Part shown: piece by piece, positions 30,522 through 40,393 of the stretch
Layout of the letters: each line of letters starts with the position of its first letter
Position numbering within the stretch: the stretch's first letter is position 1
NCBI GenBank assembly: GCA_023539395.1
Contig: JAKCEX010000001.1
Span: 21,193 to 85,192, forward strand
DNA length: 64,000 bases
Direction of reading: 5' to 3'
DNA from: Candidatus Geocrenenecus arthurdayi
GTDB lineage: Archaea; Thermoproteota; Nitrososphaeria_A; Caldarchaeales; Wolframiiraptoraceae
The notes under the pieces: generated by a model
Databases searched by the model: none
What the model was told of the DNA's origin: nothing
Seen by the model: only the letters and a program-made list of their open reading frames with translations
Translations under genes and position numbers: made by a program

Positions 30522-32305
30522 CCTCCTTCTCCTCCAGCCAGGACGTGTAAAGGTATGGGGGTAGTTGGTGCTCTAGCCTTTGTTAATCCAACTTGGTTAG
30601 GGTCTAGGTTGGAGAGGTATGAAACGTATAGTGCAGAATTAACCATGCATAATCTTCCCTGGCATCTTCCAGTACAAACACCTAAGCTTCTCTTAACCAA
30701 TTCAAGTGTTCTGTATCCTTTTTCGTAAACTGTTCTTGAAATATCCTTAGTGGTTACGTCTTCGCAGAAGCATATGAATGCATCTCTCCTTGGTTTCTCA
30801 ATGAAGAGTGTGGGTGGATAAGAAAATGATGTATTCTCTATTAATCCGCTTATTGAAATCTCAAAGATTTTATTCTTCCATTCCAGATTCATCTCACTCA
30901 ACTTTAATCTATACTCTCTAATTTTCTCTTCCATAAGTGGTTCAGCATCTTTTACTCCCAGCTTATATGCTACTGATAAAGCAGCTATCTCTCCTTCAAT
31001 TAAGTGTAGTATACTGTAGGGTGAGCCTGAAACACCTCCAGCTATGAAGATGTTATCTTTTAGATGCATATATTCATCATGGATTGGGATGAACCCAACA
31101 TTATCTAAAAATACTATCTTGGAATCAAGCTGATTTAGAATCCTTACATCTGGAGTAGAGAAGGCGGAGCATGCTATGAAGTCTACTTTCACTTCATCTC
31201 TTCCATTATCATGTATTATATTCACTCTTTCAACACATGTTTTTCCAGAAGCTTGAATCTCCTTCACACTACCTACATATTCTCCAATCTTTGATAAGTC
31301 ATACCTCACTTCTTCGGGTTTTGAATGGCTTACTAATACAATGTCTATACCCAGCCGTTTCAATTGTTCTGCAATTCTTAAACTATTTTGAGAAAGACCT
31401 ATTATCAAGCCTCTTCTCCCTGGCTCTACTCCATAGTAGTTAACCATCTCTAAAACAGTTGAACCTGAGAAGACTCCTGGAAGGTCATTATTTCTAAATA
31501 TGCAGGGTACGTCAACTAACCCAGTAGCAATAATGTATGCTTTAGCTTTCAGAACGTAGAGAACCTTATCATACTCAGAGTATGCTGTAGGATGATCTTC
31601 AAAAAACCCCGTAAAAACAGTTCTAGTAAGAATACTAACATTCCCGCTTGCATTAACCTTATTTAGAAGATCTTGTAGGAGATTCTCTCTAGGCATGGAT
31701 ATTCCTGGAATATCCATATGGTCATACCTCATTCTGCCACCAAGAGCTGGAGAATCATCTATTAAGAGAACCCTCAACCCTAGCTTGCTAGTAGTATACG
31801 TTGCTACTAATCCTGATAATCCTCCTCCAACGACAACAACATCTGATTTAACTTCAAGTATCCTACCAGTCTTCTCTGCTTCTATATCTCCTATTCTCGG
31901 ATGATTTGCCAACTTCTTTATTTTATCCGCAGCTAAACTCCATAGAATCTTATTCTTCAATAATCTTCTATGCTGAAAGTATCCATCTAAGAGAGGCGTG
32001 AAAAGCTTTACCAAGAATGGTACTGAGAGGTCAACATGTGCTTCTTGACCTTCTTGACAGAAGACTTCGCATGGATTTACATATTCGCTTCCAACCCTAG
32101 TTAAGACCAACCTATCCTGAGGGCTTAGACTATAGAACCCCCTCACTCTGTACAGCTTCTTACTCCTACTAAGTACTTTAAACCCATTATGGTAAAGTGC
32201 TATAGAAACTGGCTCAAGAGTATAACCCTCAACACCTACACCACGAAAAAAGATACGAACCCTACTACCTCTCCTCTCCTGAATAGTGTCACCAAATAGA
32301 CTCAT
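30518..32305 (-). CDS. Proline dehydrogenase / sarcosine oxidase alpha-like subunit
   Basis: N-terminal LSRS.K..R.RG, GGGLSG, NNDLPGV, C-terminal CFCEDV...G.CQGR.C. Confidence 0.85.
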   Translation of the reverse strand: MSLFGDTIQERRGSRVRIFFRGVGVEGYTLEPVSIALYHNGFKVLSRSKKLYRVRGFYSLSPQDRLVLTRVGSEYVNPCEVFCQEGQEAHVDLSVPFLVKLFTPLLDGYFQHRRLLKNKILWSLAADKIKKLANHPRIGDIEAEKTGRILEVKSDVVVVGGGLSGLVATYTTSKLGLRVLLIDDSPALGGRMRYDHMDIPGISMPRENLLQDLLNKVNASGNVSILTRTVFTGFFEDHPTAYSEYDKVLYVLKAKAYIIATGLVDVPCIFRNNDLPGVFSGSTVLEMVNYYGVEPGRRGLIIGLSQNSLRIAEQLKRLGIDIVLVSHSKPEEVRYDLSKIGEYVGSVKEIQASGKTCVERVNIIHDNGRDEVKVDFIACSAFSTPDVRILNQLDSKIVFLDNVGFIPIHDEYMHLKDNIFIAGGVSGSPYSILHLIEGEIAALSVAYKLGVKDAEPLMEEKIREYRLKLSEMNLEWKNKIFEISISGLIENTSFSYPPTLFIEKPRRDAFICFCEDVTTKDISRTVYEKGYRTLELVKRSLGVCTGRCQGRLCMVNSALYVSYLSNLDPNQVGLTKARAPTTPIPLHVLAGGEGG

Positions 32306-32586
32306 GATAATTCAACATAAAAATAATCTGGAGCTCAATTTAAATATTAGAAATGATAATCTTATCATTTTTTGCTACACACTATTTCTCTTCTGCTTCA
32401 AACAGCCAGCAAGAGATTTAATAGAATTCTCCAAGATTATAATATTCACTAACGATAGAGAGATAGTAATAGGTATGGAGAGACAATATTGTGTTAGGAT
32501 ATGCAGGTCTCATTTAAGTTAATGACTTAGAAAAATCCATAATCCAGAGAGTACACTAGCTCCAATTATTCTAATTAGCACAATAA

Positions 32587-32661
32587 TGCCGGGGGTGGGA
32601 TTTGAACCCACGACAACGGGATTATGAGCCCCGCACTCTAACCAGGCTGAGTTACCCCGGC
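32587..32661 (-). tRNA. tRNA-Met(CAT), elongator type
   Basis: GCCGGGG acceptor (G1-C72, not initiator); CT-CAT-AA loop. Confidence 0.9.
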
Positions 32662-33253
32662 ACACGTAGCTCTGACTATCTTACTATCTATTGTTGTAAG
32701 ACGAATATATAAACTCTCTAAACATTATTTCATCAAAAATAGAGCAAAACATTAAATGAATCTCAATTTGGATTATGTTTAGCTGGTCTATTAATCTACA
32801 GGATTCAGGGGGTGCGAAACTATCATTATGCTTACGTAAGTATACTTAGAAGCGTACATAGTAATCGTATGGGTGTGGTAGATAGTAGATGTCTTGTAGG
32901 TTGTGGAAATCATATGAGAATAAAAGTTCTCAGGACAGACGAGTTAGTCATGGTTAGAGAAGTTAAAAGTAGTACCCTACTCATCTCTAAAGGCGATGGG
33001 AAAATATTTACGAAAACATTCTAGAGTTAGAGAAACGGGTTCTATGAAGGATATATTAGCGAAGCAGAAGGTTCCTTAAAGCATTAATCGGAGGCAAACA
33101 CTAGAAGTTACAGGTGAAGATTATCAAAGCGTTAGAAATAGTTCCTGTGCAATAGTATTAATCAAAACAGATAACCAGTAGACCTACTGTTAAAATAGAT
33201 GATAATGACATGATGCTCTTAGCATACACGTTGATAGGATCTAGAAAGAAGAA

Positions 33254-33343
33254 TGGGCCGGGTGGGATTCGAACCCACGTCCTCCGCCGTTTCCTTGACA
33301 ATCTCCTGTAAGGGCGGCGTCATAACCTCTAGACTACCGGCCC
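33254..33343 (-). tRNA. tRNA-Val(TAC) with 17-nt anticodon-loop intron
   Basis: CCGCC-CT-TAC-A[17 nt]C-GGCGG; GTTCGAATCC. Confidence 0.92.
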
Positions 33344-33548
33344 AGTAACCTCTAGAAAATGTTTTCACTTAATTTATAGGTTTTTCTCTCTGTAAATCAT
33401 TAATGATGAAATAGTTTCTAAATAGTTACTTAAAATATTTTCTAACCAAGATTACATATTTAGAGCCTTTGATAAGGATATTTGTTTAATGTAGTGTTCT
33501 CTTAGAAGCTACTGAAGCGGGTGTCAAGAGAATGAAGAAAGCTTGTAA

Positions 33549-33674
33549 TGCGGGGGGTGGGATTCGAACCCACGAACCCCTTCGGGATTCCCCTCTAGAT
33601 GCGTTCAGGGGTTCTCATCCAGTGTGAGGTGGATCCTGAGCCCTGCGCCTTTGACCTGGCTTGGCTACCCCCGC
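33549..33674 (-). tRNA. tRNA-Leu(CAG) with two introns (37/38: 33612-33634; 43/44: 33588-33605)
   Basis: Removing 23 and 18 nt gives an 85-nt Leu tRNA with long variable arm; each intron has a BHB-like motif. Confidence 0.88.
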
Positions 33675-33751
33675 ATACAGCCTACTCTATACTTCTAGAG
33701 TGTTATTAGTTATAAATTTTGTAGAAGTTAGAGCTTCAGAGCTTTTTAATA

Positions 33752-34735
33752 TTATTCTTCGATTTCTTTCTTTACTCCTCCCTTCATTATAGAGAGGATT
33801 ATCGCTGCTCCTAGAACTGTGAATACTATTGATATTGATAGCCATACTGGTATAGTGATAAACTGTGTAACAAATATCTTAATCCCCAAGAATACTAGTA
33901 TTCCTGCTAGAGCTGGTCCAACATACTTAAATCTAAACATCGTGATTGCTATGAGGAAGTATAATGCTCTCAGCCCGAGGATTGCAGAAATGTTGGAAGT
34001 ATATGCTAGGAAGAAGTTCATCGTAATAGCTATTACGGCTGGGACAGAATCAAATGCAAATATTATATCGGAGGTTTCAATTGCTAGAAGTGCAAGTATA
34101 AGTGGGGTAAACAATAGTTTTCCATCTTGTTTTGAGCGAACGATAAACTTAGCACCATCATAATAGTCGGCCATAGGTAGGAATCTCTGAGCAAATTTTA
34201 CAACAGGGTTTCTCGTAGGATCTACTCTTACTTCTCCAGCTCTTAACAGTTTGTATCCAGAGTATATTAAGACTGCTCCGAAGATGTATATTGTCCAGTG
34301 GAATTGTTCTATTAGCCATAATCCACCAGCTATGAATGTAGCTCTGAGAATTATTGCTGTAAGTATTCCTACGTATAGTACGATTGGCTGTGCCCGCAGC
34401 GGGACTGAGAAGTAGCTGAAGATTACCGCGAAAACAAATAAGTTATCCATGCTTAAACATTTCTCAACGACAAATGCTGCATAATATAATCCTAAAGCTT
34501 CTAGCCCTTTTTCAGGACCTGTGAACCAGTATACAAATACCCCCCATGCAAGCCCAACAGCTATCCATAGAGCAGACCATGCTCCAGCCTCCTTATAAGT
34601 CATTGCATGCTTCCTTCTAACCCCTGCTAGCAGATCTATCGCTATGAAGACTATAATGACTGCATGGTATAGTTCCCAGAACCACATCGGTACTTGTATC
34701 TCGATATGGTGAGGAATAGTTGTAACTTCAACCAT
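33752..34735 (-). CDS. TerC/Alx-family membrane protein
   Basis: VEKCLSMDNLFVF, IE.SDIIFAFDSVPA, TSNI.AILGLRALYF. Confidence 0.92.
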   Translation of the reverse strand: MVEVTTIPHHIEIQVPMWFWELYHAVIIVFIAIDLLAGVRRKHAMTYKEAGAWSALWIAVGLAWGVFVYWFTGPEKGLEALGLYYAAFVVEKCLSMDNLFVFAVIFSYFSVPLRAQPIVLYVGILTAIILRATFIAGGLWLIEQFHWTIYIFGAVLIYSGYKLLRAGEVRVDPTRNPVVKFAQRFLPMADYYDGAKFIVRSKQDGKLLFTPLILALLAIETSDIIFAFDSVPAVIAITMNFFLAYTSNISAILGLRALYFLIAITMFRFKYVGPALAGILVFLGIKIFVTQFITIPVWLSISIVFTVLGAAIILSIMKGGVKKEIEE

Positions 34736-34774
34736 ACATACTTCAATGAAAAAAATATTCAGCGGATTAAAAAC

Positions 34775-34788
34775 GTTTTCATGGAAAA
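34775..34788 (-). promoter_or_regulatory. Shared palindromic motif at terC-like promoter
   Basis: TTTTCCATGAAAAC, 2 nt upstream of TTTTAAT. Confidence 0.55.
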
Positions 34789-34791
34789 ATT

Positions 34792-34880
34792 GGTCTTGTC
34801 AACTTTTATTTAGGGTTTTTCTTTTTATTTCTATGGCTTGGTTTCTATTTTGATTTCTTATGCAATTATTTGACTAAATC
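34792..34880 (+). mobile_element. IS6-family left-end relic
   Basis: GGTCTTGTCAACTTTTATTTAGGGTTTTTC... aligns with GACCCTGTCAACTTTTACTTAAGCTTTTTC... at 54479 over about 85 nt. Confidence 0.7.
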
Positions 34881-34951
34881 TTCAATAGAAATATCTCGAC
34901 TTTCTATTTAGTTATTCACAGAGAGGATGTGTAGGAAAAATTATTATTTTC

Positions 34952-35722
34952 GTGATCCATCTTCTATTCGAATTGAGTCTAAGAGAAGAGAATAGATCAC
35001 TATTCTGGTTTTGGCTTACACCTATTCTAGTCATGCTAAGTATTAGGTTACCTTGGCTTCTAATCGCGGGACCGGAGAGATTCTTCATTCCACCTAGTGA
35101 GTTTGAGTTTTACGTTGGTCAATCGCTTAAATACTTCTCTATTTTATTTACGATGATATTGATCATCATTAGATTAGGAATAAGTTTGAAAGATATAGGT
35201 TTTGGCTCAGGTTTAAGGGTAATGTTAAGCGAGATCCTTACTGGCGGTGTTTTTGCATTATTCTATATCTTATTGACTTGGATTCTTTCGATATTCTTCA
35301 TCCAGTTTATGCCTGAGCAGGTTGAACAAGTAACATTCAGCATCCTGTATGGATACATTATACCCATGGATAAAGCTTTAGAGTTTGCGTACATGCTTAA
35401 CCCATGGGTTTACGCATTCTACATGACGATAATACCGAGCGTTATCGAAGAAACATATTTCAGAGGGTACTCTATAAACATCTTAAAGAGGATTTTTAAG
35501 AATCTATGGATTGTGAATCTCCTCCAAACAATTTTGTTTTCATTCCTCCACTGGTATAGAGGAATACTTGCAGGGATACTCCCAATGTTTCTCTTCGGAT
35601 TCCTCTTCGGCTTCGTAACGATAAGAAACGGCTACAGGCTCACATCAGCATTAACAGGACACCTAGCTACAAATGCTCTAAGCACATTCCTCTATCTGAG
35701 AGGCTTACAGACAGCCAGCTAG
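34952..35722 (+). CDS. CPBP/CAAX intramembrane metalloprotease
   Basis: EETYFRG, FSFLH, H..TN motifs; multiple TMs. Confidence 0.88.
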   Translation: MIHLLFELSLREENRSLFWFWLTPILVMLSIRLPWLLIAGPERFFIPPSEFEFYVGQSLKYFSILFTMILIIIRLGISLKDIGFGSGLRVMLSEILTGGVFALFYILLTWILSIFFIQFMPEQVEQVTFSILYGYIIPMDKALEFAYMLNPWVYAFYMTIIPSVIEETYFRGYSINILKRIFKNLWIVNLLQTILFSFLHWYRGILAGILPMFLFGFLFGFVTIRNGYRLTSALTGHLATNALSTFLYLRGLQTAS

Positions 35723-35809
35723 CATCTCTCTACAAGATAAAATTTTTTCAATAATTCTTTGGTTGAAATACTCATACGTAAAAAAAAGAAGAGGAGGTGT
35801 TTTGTGGAT

Positions 35810-37174
35810 TTATTCAGCTAGTGGCGGTGTGAAGAATATTCCTCCCCAGAGTAGCCATACTAGGAATAGCGCGAAGACTATGTTTATACATTGAGCGATT
35901 ACATATGCGACGGCGGGTCTACCCCTGCCTATAGCCACTAAGTCTTTGAACCTGGTATCGAGCCCTATACCAACGAATGCCAATGGGAAGAAGACTATGG
36001 TTCTATATTTATCTACTGCTCCCTGCCAGAACTTTACGACGAAGTCGGATTTGGCTTTAGCTAAGGATAATCCTGTTGCTGCTGCAATCGATGAAATGAC
36101 GATTGTTACAAGTATGCTAGCGACTATGAATCCTAGAATGAACTTGGGGAATCTATACCATACCTCCATCGGACTGACACGTTCTTCTGGTTTCTTTTCC
36201 ACTCTGAATACCCAGTAGATAGCTATTATGAATGCTATGAAGCCTATCAAGATATTCTGAGCCATCTTAACGATTGCGGCTACGTCAAGTGCTCGTCCAC
36301 CGAGGAAACCTCCAGCTGCGACTACAGCTGGTGTCGTATCAATTGTTGCACCGATCCATGCTCCTCCAACGTGGAGCCAGTATTTCCCTAATGCTGGAGC
36401 TAGAGCTTTAACAAGGTAAGGTAATCCGATAAGCATTGGTATAGATGTTAATAAGACCATTGAGACCGTGTAGCTTATGTACTTTGGATTTCCTTTAACC
36501 GCTCCCCCGGCAGCTATCGCTGCTGACACTCCACAGATAGATACTCCTGAAGCCATTATGCTTGAGAATTCTCTGTCCAGTCCGAAGCCTCTACAGATAT
36601 AGTATGCAGCATACCATATTACTAGAACGTTGATCACTGCTTGGACTACTGCTAAGCCTCCAGCAACTACAAGGTCTGTAAAGAATATGCCGAGCCCTAA
36701 GATTACGAGACCGGTCTTTATAAAGAACTCTGTCCTTACTGCTGGCTTGAGCCATTTTGGAACACCGACCGTATTGCTGATTAATAGACCAACTATCAAA
36801 GCCCACAATGGGTATTCGAGCCCATAGGCTTTAGCAAAAGGCGTAGCACCGATCATTACCGCTATCCATGCTAGTATGAACACTACTATGTAGCCGGGAA
36901 TGTATTCCTTGACGAACCTTCCCTCGATAGCGCATACACCTATCATTGTTAGAATTAATGTAAAGATGAACACTGCTATCCATCCAAGCCCATGCTCCAC
37001 ATCTATGGCTAGCTTCTCGATTTTCGCATACCATCCCGTCCATGGCTGTAGGAATGGTTGCGCTGTCCACCCAGTTGCTGCTGCAGCTGCTAGACCGATT
37101 AGGATTATTATAAAGCCGACCCAGACCGCCCACCAATCTTCTTTCTTCCATAGACTAGACCAGTCTACAGGCAT
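35810..37174 (-). CDS. YeiH / putative sulfate exporter family transporter
   Basis: EDWWAVW.G, RTEFFIKTGLV.LG, SICGVSAAIAA, GATIDTT..V.AAG, KM.QN, RFPKF. Confidence 0.88.
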   Translation of the reverse strand: MPVDWSSLWKKEDWWAVWVGFIIILIGLAAAAATGWTAQPFLQPWTGWYAKIEKLAIDVEHGLGWIAVFIFTLILTMIGVCAIEGRFVKEYIPGYIVVFILAWIAVMIGATPFAKAYGLEYPLWALIVGLLISNTVGVPKWLKPAVRTEFFIKTGLVILGLGIFFTDLVVAGGLAVVQAVINVLVIWYAAYYICRGFGLDREFSSIMASGVSICGVSAAIAAGGAVKGNPKYISYTVSMVLLTSIPMLIGLPYLVKALAPALGKYWLHVGGAWIGATIDTTPAVVAAGGFLGGRALDVAAIVKMAQNILIGFIAFIIAIYWVFRVEKKPEERVSPMEVWYRFPKFILGFIVASILVTIVISSIAAATGLSLAKAKSDFVVKFWQGAVDKYRTIVFFPLAFVGIGLDTRFKDLVAIGRGRPAVAYVIAQCINIVFALFLVWLLWGGIFFTPPLAE

Positions 37175-37212
37175 ATAGGTCAAAAGTAAGTAATTCAAGA
37201 AGGTTTATATCC

Positions 37213-37226
37213 TTTTACATGGAAAA
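37213..37226 (-). promoter_or_regulatory. Shared palindromic motif at yeiH-like promoter
   Basis: TTTTCCATGTAAAA, 2 nt upstream of ATATAAA. Confidence 0.6.
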
Positions 37227-37700
37227 AATGCTAACCTTAAAAACAAGTTTTAAAAGGTTTCCAAAAGCCCTAATGATTAACCAACCTAGACGGAAATCCA
37301 ACTCAAAAAATCAAATATCTGGTAGACCATGTAATACTGGCATGACTAGTGTAGAAAACACGAGCATAGTTCTTCCACATAGATCGCATTAAAGAACACG
37401 ATAGTAAGGGAGGGTGATGGTAATAGAAGAGTTGTCATAAGAAATATCCTTGGACACTACCTTGGAAAAGAGAGTAGCAAAGAGTATTTGAACAAATATC
37501 CAACGGCTCTAAGTGGATTGAGAGAATGCGGTCTGGTTAGGCTTAACTCTCCTAAGCACATTATTCATGATCTGATTAATGGCACACTACAAAAATTATC
37601 GTACCATTGGCTATAACTCCGACCTAATCATCCGATTACTCTTAATTCTATTTTTAGAAAGCTAATGTAATGTTTATATGATTAATAGCTTCATCTTGAA

Positions 37701-38777
37701 GTGAAGTCTATGAATATTTCTAAGGGTACCCTGCAGATAGAGGTTACATCTAGATGTAATGCTTGCTGTCTAATGTGTCCTAAATCATCTATGATTGATG
37801 ATTGGAGTAGTGGAGACTTAGCTCTAGAAGACTATCTTAAGCTTAGAGAATATTTCGAGAAGTTCAAGATCATCTGGCTTCAAGGTTGGGGTGAGCCTCT
37901 CCTATCTAGAGATATCTTCGAGATGGTTAGAGTAGCTTATAGAAATGATGGTATAGTTGGATTAACTACTAATGCTATGCTCCTGATAGAGTCAGTATCA
38001 AGGAAACTGATCGAAAACGGTATCAAGACTATAGCTGTATCTATCGCTGGGGCGAGAGAAGAAACCCATGAATCCATTAGAATAGGTACAAGCTTTAAAA
38101 AGATAATAGAGAACGTAGAATGTCTAGAGCGTTTAAGGAGGAGCATGAATGCTCGGGACTTGAGAATAATCTTTACATTCCTCAGAATGAAGCAGAATAT
38201 AAGAGAGCTTCCAGAAGTAGTTGAACTAGCATCAAGATTGAATGTAGATGAAGTGGTTGGAACAAATCTAGACTATATTCCGAGCAGAAAGCATTATGAG
38301 ATGAAGATCTTCTCTGAGGGGGAAGCTCCAAGAGAGTATACTGAGGTAGTTAGGGAGAGCGAAGAGAAAGCGAAGGAGCTTGGAATATCAATCTATAACT
38401 ACCCATTGGAGATGAGGGAGGTCGCAGTATGTTCTGAGAACCCTATAGAGAATATCTATGTATCACATGATGGTACAGTCTCACCGTGCGTCTACCTGAA
38501 CGTCCCTTTAAGAAAAAACATTATTCCAAGATACTTCAAGAACAAACAATACAATATTCCTAAAACAATATTCGGAAGCATAAGAGTAGAAAAGCTGGAA
38601 GAGATATACAATAAACAAGAATTCTCAAGATTCAGAAATATCTATAAGGAGAGGAGCGATTCTTGGAGAAGTTCAAGAGATCTTATTGGTAGAATACTTA
38701 GTTTTAGCGAGCTAAGCAGTGGCACTCTTCGGCTTCCCGAAGAATGCTATACTTGCTATAAAGCTTATGGTGTATAG
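37701..38777 (+). CDS. Radical SAM protein with SPASM/twitch domain
   Basis: CNACCLMC (CxxxCxxC), LQGWGEPL, C.....G.VSPC, C..CYK. Confidence 0.9.
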   Translation: MKSMNISKGTLQIEVTSRCNACCLMCPKSSMIDDWSSGDLALEDYLKLREYFEKFKIIWLQGWGEPLLSRDIFEMVRVAYRNDGIVGLTTNAMLLIESVSRKLIENGIKTIAVSIAGAREETHESIRIGTSFKKIIENVECLERLRRSMNARDLRIIFTFLRMKQNIRELPEVVELASRLNVDEVVGTNLDYIPSRKHYEMKIFSEGEAPREYTEVVRESEEKAKELGISIYNYPLEMREVAVCSENPIENIYVSHDGTVSPCVYLNVPLRKNIIPRYFKNKQYNIPKTIFGSIRVEKLEEIYNKQEFSRFRNIYKERSDSWRSSRDLIGRILSFSELSSGTLRLPEECYTCYKAYGV

Positions 38778-38781
38778 CCAC

Positions 38782-38967
38782 CTACATCTCAGTTATTGTA
38801 ATCGCGCCTGAAGGGCAAACTGCCTCGCATGACCTACATCCAAGACACTGATCTCCATTTACTGGTACGGCTTTACCTTCTTGTAGCTCGAAGACGGATA
38901 CAGGGCAGATTGTAACACATTCACCGTCTCCAGTGCATTTCTCCCTGTCTACATTTACTATATACAT
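38782..38967 (-). CDS. Ferredoxin (dicluster type)
   Basis: CTGDGECVTICP and CLGCRSCEAVCP. Confidence 0.93.
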   Translation of the reverse strand: MYIVNVDREKCTGDGECVTICPVSVFELQEGKAVPVNGDQCLGCRSCEAVCPSGAITITEM

Positions 38968-39084
38968 TTACTTAACACCCAACTAATGATTGGTGCTCCA
39001 TAATTTAACTATAGTTTTTGAAAAAATATTTTTGTTGAATAAGAAAAAGTAAAAAATAGGAGGGAAATATTGTGTAGTGGACGC

Positions 39085-39297
39085 CTATTCTACCGATTCA
39101 GGTAGCTTGATTCTTGTTTCTCCTCCAAATGATACCCATTCTATTCTTCCTTCATTGACGAGCTCATTAACAGCTTTATCTACTACTTTCTTCTCAAGCT
39201 TTAATGCTTTAGCAATATCCCTGCTAGTGACAGACCTCTTTACCTTCTTTAAGTATTCAACTATCTGGTTTTTAATGTCTTCGGTTACCTCGGACAT
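39085..39297 (-). CDS. dsrD: Divergent DsrD-like winged-helix protein
   Basis: Directly downstream of dsrB; K.QIVEYL and V..LVNEG.IEW.S.G..T resemble the DsrD pattern. Confidence 0.65.
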   Translation of the reverse strand: MSEVTEDIKNQIVEYLKKVKRSVTSRDIAKALKLEKKVVDKAVNELVNEGRIEWVSFGGETRIKLPESVE

Positions 39298-39317
39298 TCC
39301 GCCTCATAAATTATATG

Positions 39318-40391
39318 CTATCTCCACTTGAAAAGCGTTGTGGTTCGGAAGGTTGGTACAGAGAATATGAAGTCGTCTATATGCTTATCCGTGAATGGTA
39401 TCCCTGTCAGTGTAAAGAATCTCTCCCATCCAATCCTCTTTATCCAATCTCCGATTCTTTCACCCTTCTTTGCATGCTTTATCCAAGTCTCAATTACTTT
39501 CTTAGCTGCTTGAACCGCCTCAGGCCATCTGGGCGGGTTATTTGGTAGATATGGTATGGCAAGCCTTGAGAATTCAGGGGGACCTCCAGCGACAGCGTTT
39601 CCTCCAACCCACATGGATAAGCAATCATACTTTGGATTATGTATGAACATTCCTGGGCATACAGTGTAGCAGTTCCCACAATACATACATCTATCTTCAT
39701 TAACTACGACGGACTTCTTCTCAGGCGCGGGTCTAATAGCTGCGGTTGGACAGCTTGCGACGAGTGTAGGTATCTCACATAGTCTACTGACTATATCGTC
39801 GTTAACTACGGGCGGCTTCCTATGCATTCCAACGAAGGCCAAGTCTGAGCAGTGTACAGCTCCACACATGTTTATGCAGCATGCAATAGCTATCTTAAGC
39901 TTGCCTGGTAAGTCATCTCTAACAAAGTATTCGTATAGCTCGTCATATAGTGCTTTAGCAAGACCAGGCGCATCTATTACAGCTGTATGGCAGTGCACCC
40001 ATCCCTGTGTATGGATTATAGCTTTTAGTGAACGGCCTGTACCTCCAACAGGCCAACCCCTATCCTTTAATTCCTTGAGAAGTGCGTCAAGCTTTTTCTT
40101 ATCTGTGACAATGAACTCTACATTATGTCTACTAGTAAACTTTACATAGCCGTCTGAATACTTGTCTGCAATATCGCATAGCTCTCTAACAAAGTATACG
40201 CTTACGATTTTAGGTATAGCAGCTCTAACCATGTATACTTCCTCACCATTCATTGAGACATGCTTTATCACGCCTGGAGCAACATATTCATGGTATCTCC
40301 ATTTACCATAATTCTTTAAGAGTACGGGATGTACCATCTCTTTGTAGTGTGGTGGACCAATATCTGTAATATACTTCTTCTCTGCCGCCAT
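39318..40391 (-). CDS. dsrB: Dissimilatory sulfite reductase beta subunit
   Basis: TDIGPPHY, NYGKW, HTQGWVHCHT, CCINMCGAVHCSD, CEIP, CMYCGNCYTVCP, PPRWPE. Confidence 0.98.
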   Translation of the reverse strand: MAAEKKYITDIGPPHYKEMVHPVLLKNYGKWRYHEYVAPGVIKHVSMNGEEVYMVRAAIPKIVSVYFVRELCDIADKYSDGYVKFTSRHNVEFIVTDKKKLDALLKELKDRGWPVGGTGRSLKAIIHTQGWVHCHTAVIDAPGLAKALYDELYEYFVRDDLPGKLKIAIACCINMCGAVHCSDLAFVGMHRKPPVVNDDIVSRLCEIPTLVASCPTAAIRPAPEKKSVVVNEDRCMYCGNCYTVCPGMFIHNPKYDCLSMWVGGNAVAGGPPEFSRLAIPYLPNNPPRWPEAVQAAKKVIETWIKHAKKGERIGDWIKRIGWERFFTLTGIPFTDKHIDDFIFSVPTFRTTTLFKWR

Positions 40392-40393
40392 GC

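Noticed and set aside
32286..33240. Short ORFs around and between the tRNA genes
   Set aside because: No motifs; likely decayed DNA. No integrase or att duplication of a tRNA 3' end was seen.
37280..37650. Degraded coding-like stretch (RNILGHYLGK..., MAHY.NYR) suggestive of a transposase relic
   Set aside because: No intact frame or TIRs; family cannot be supported.
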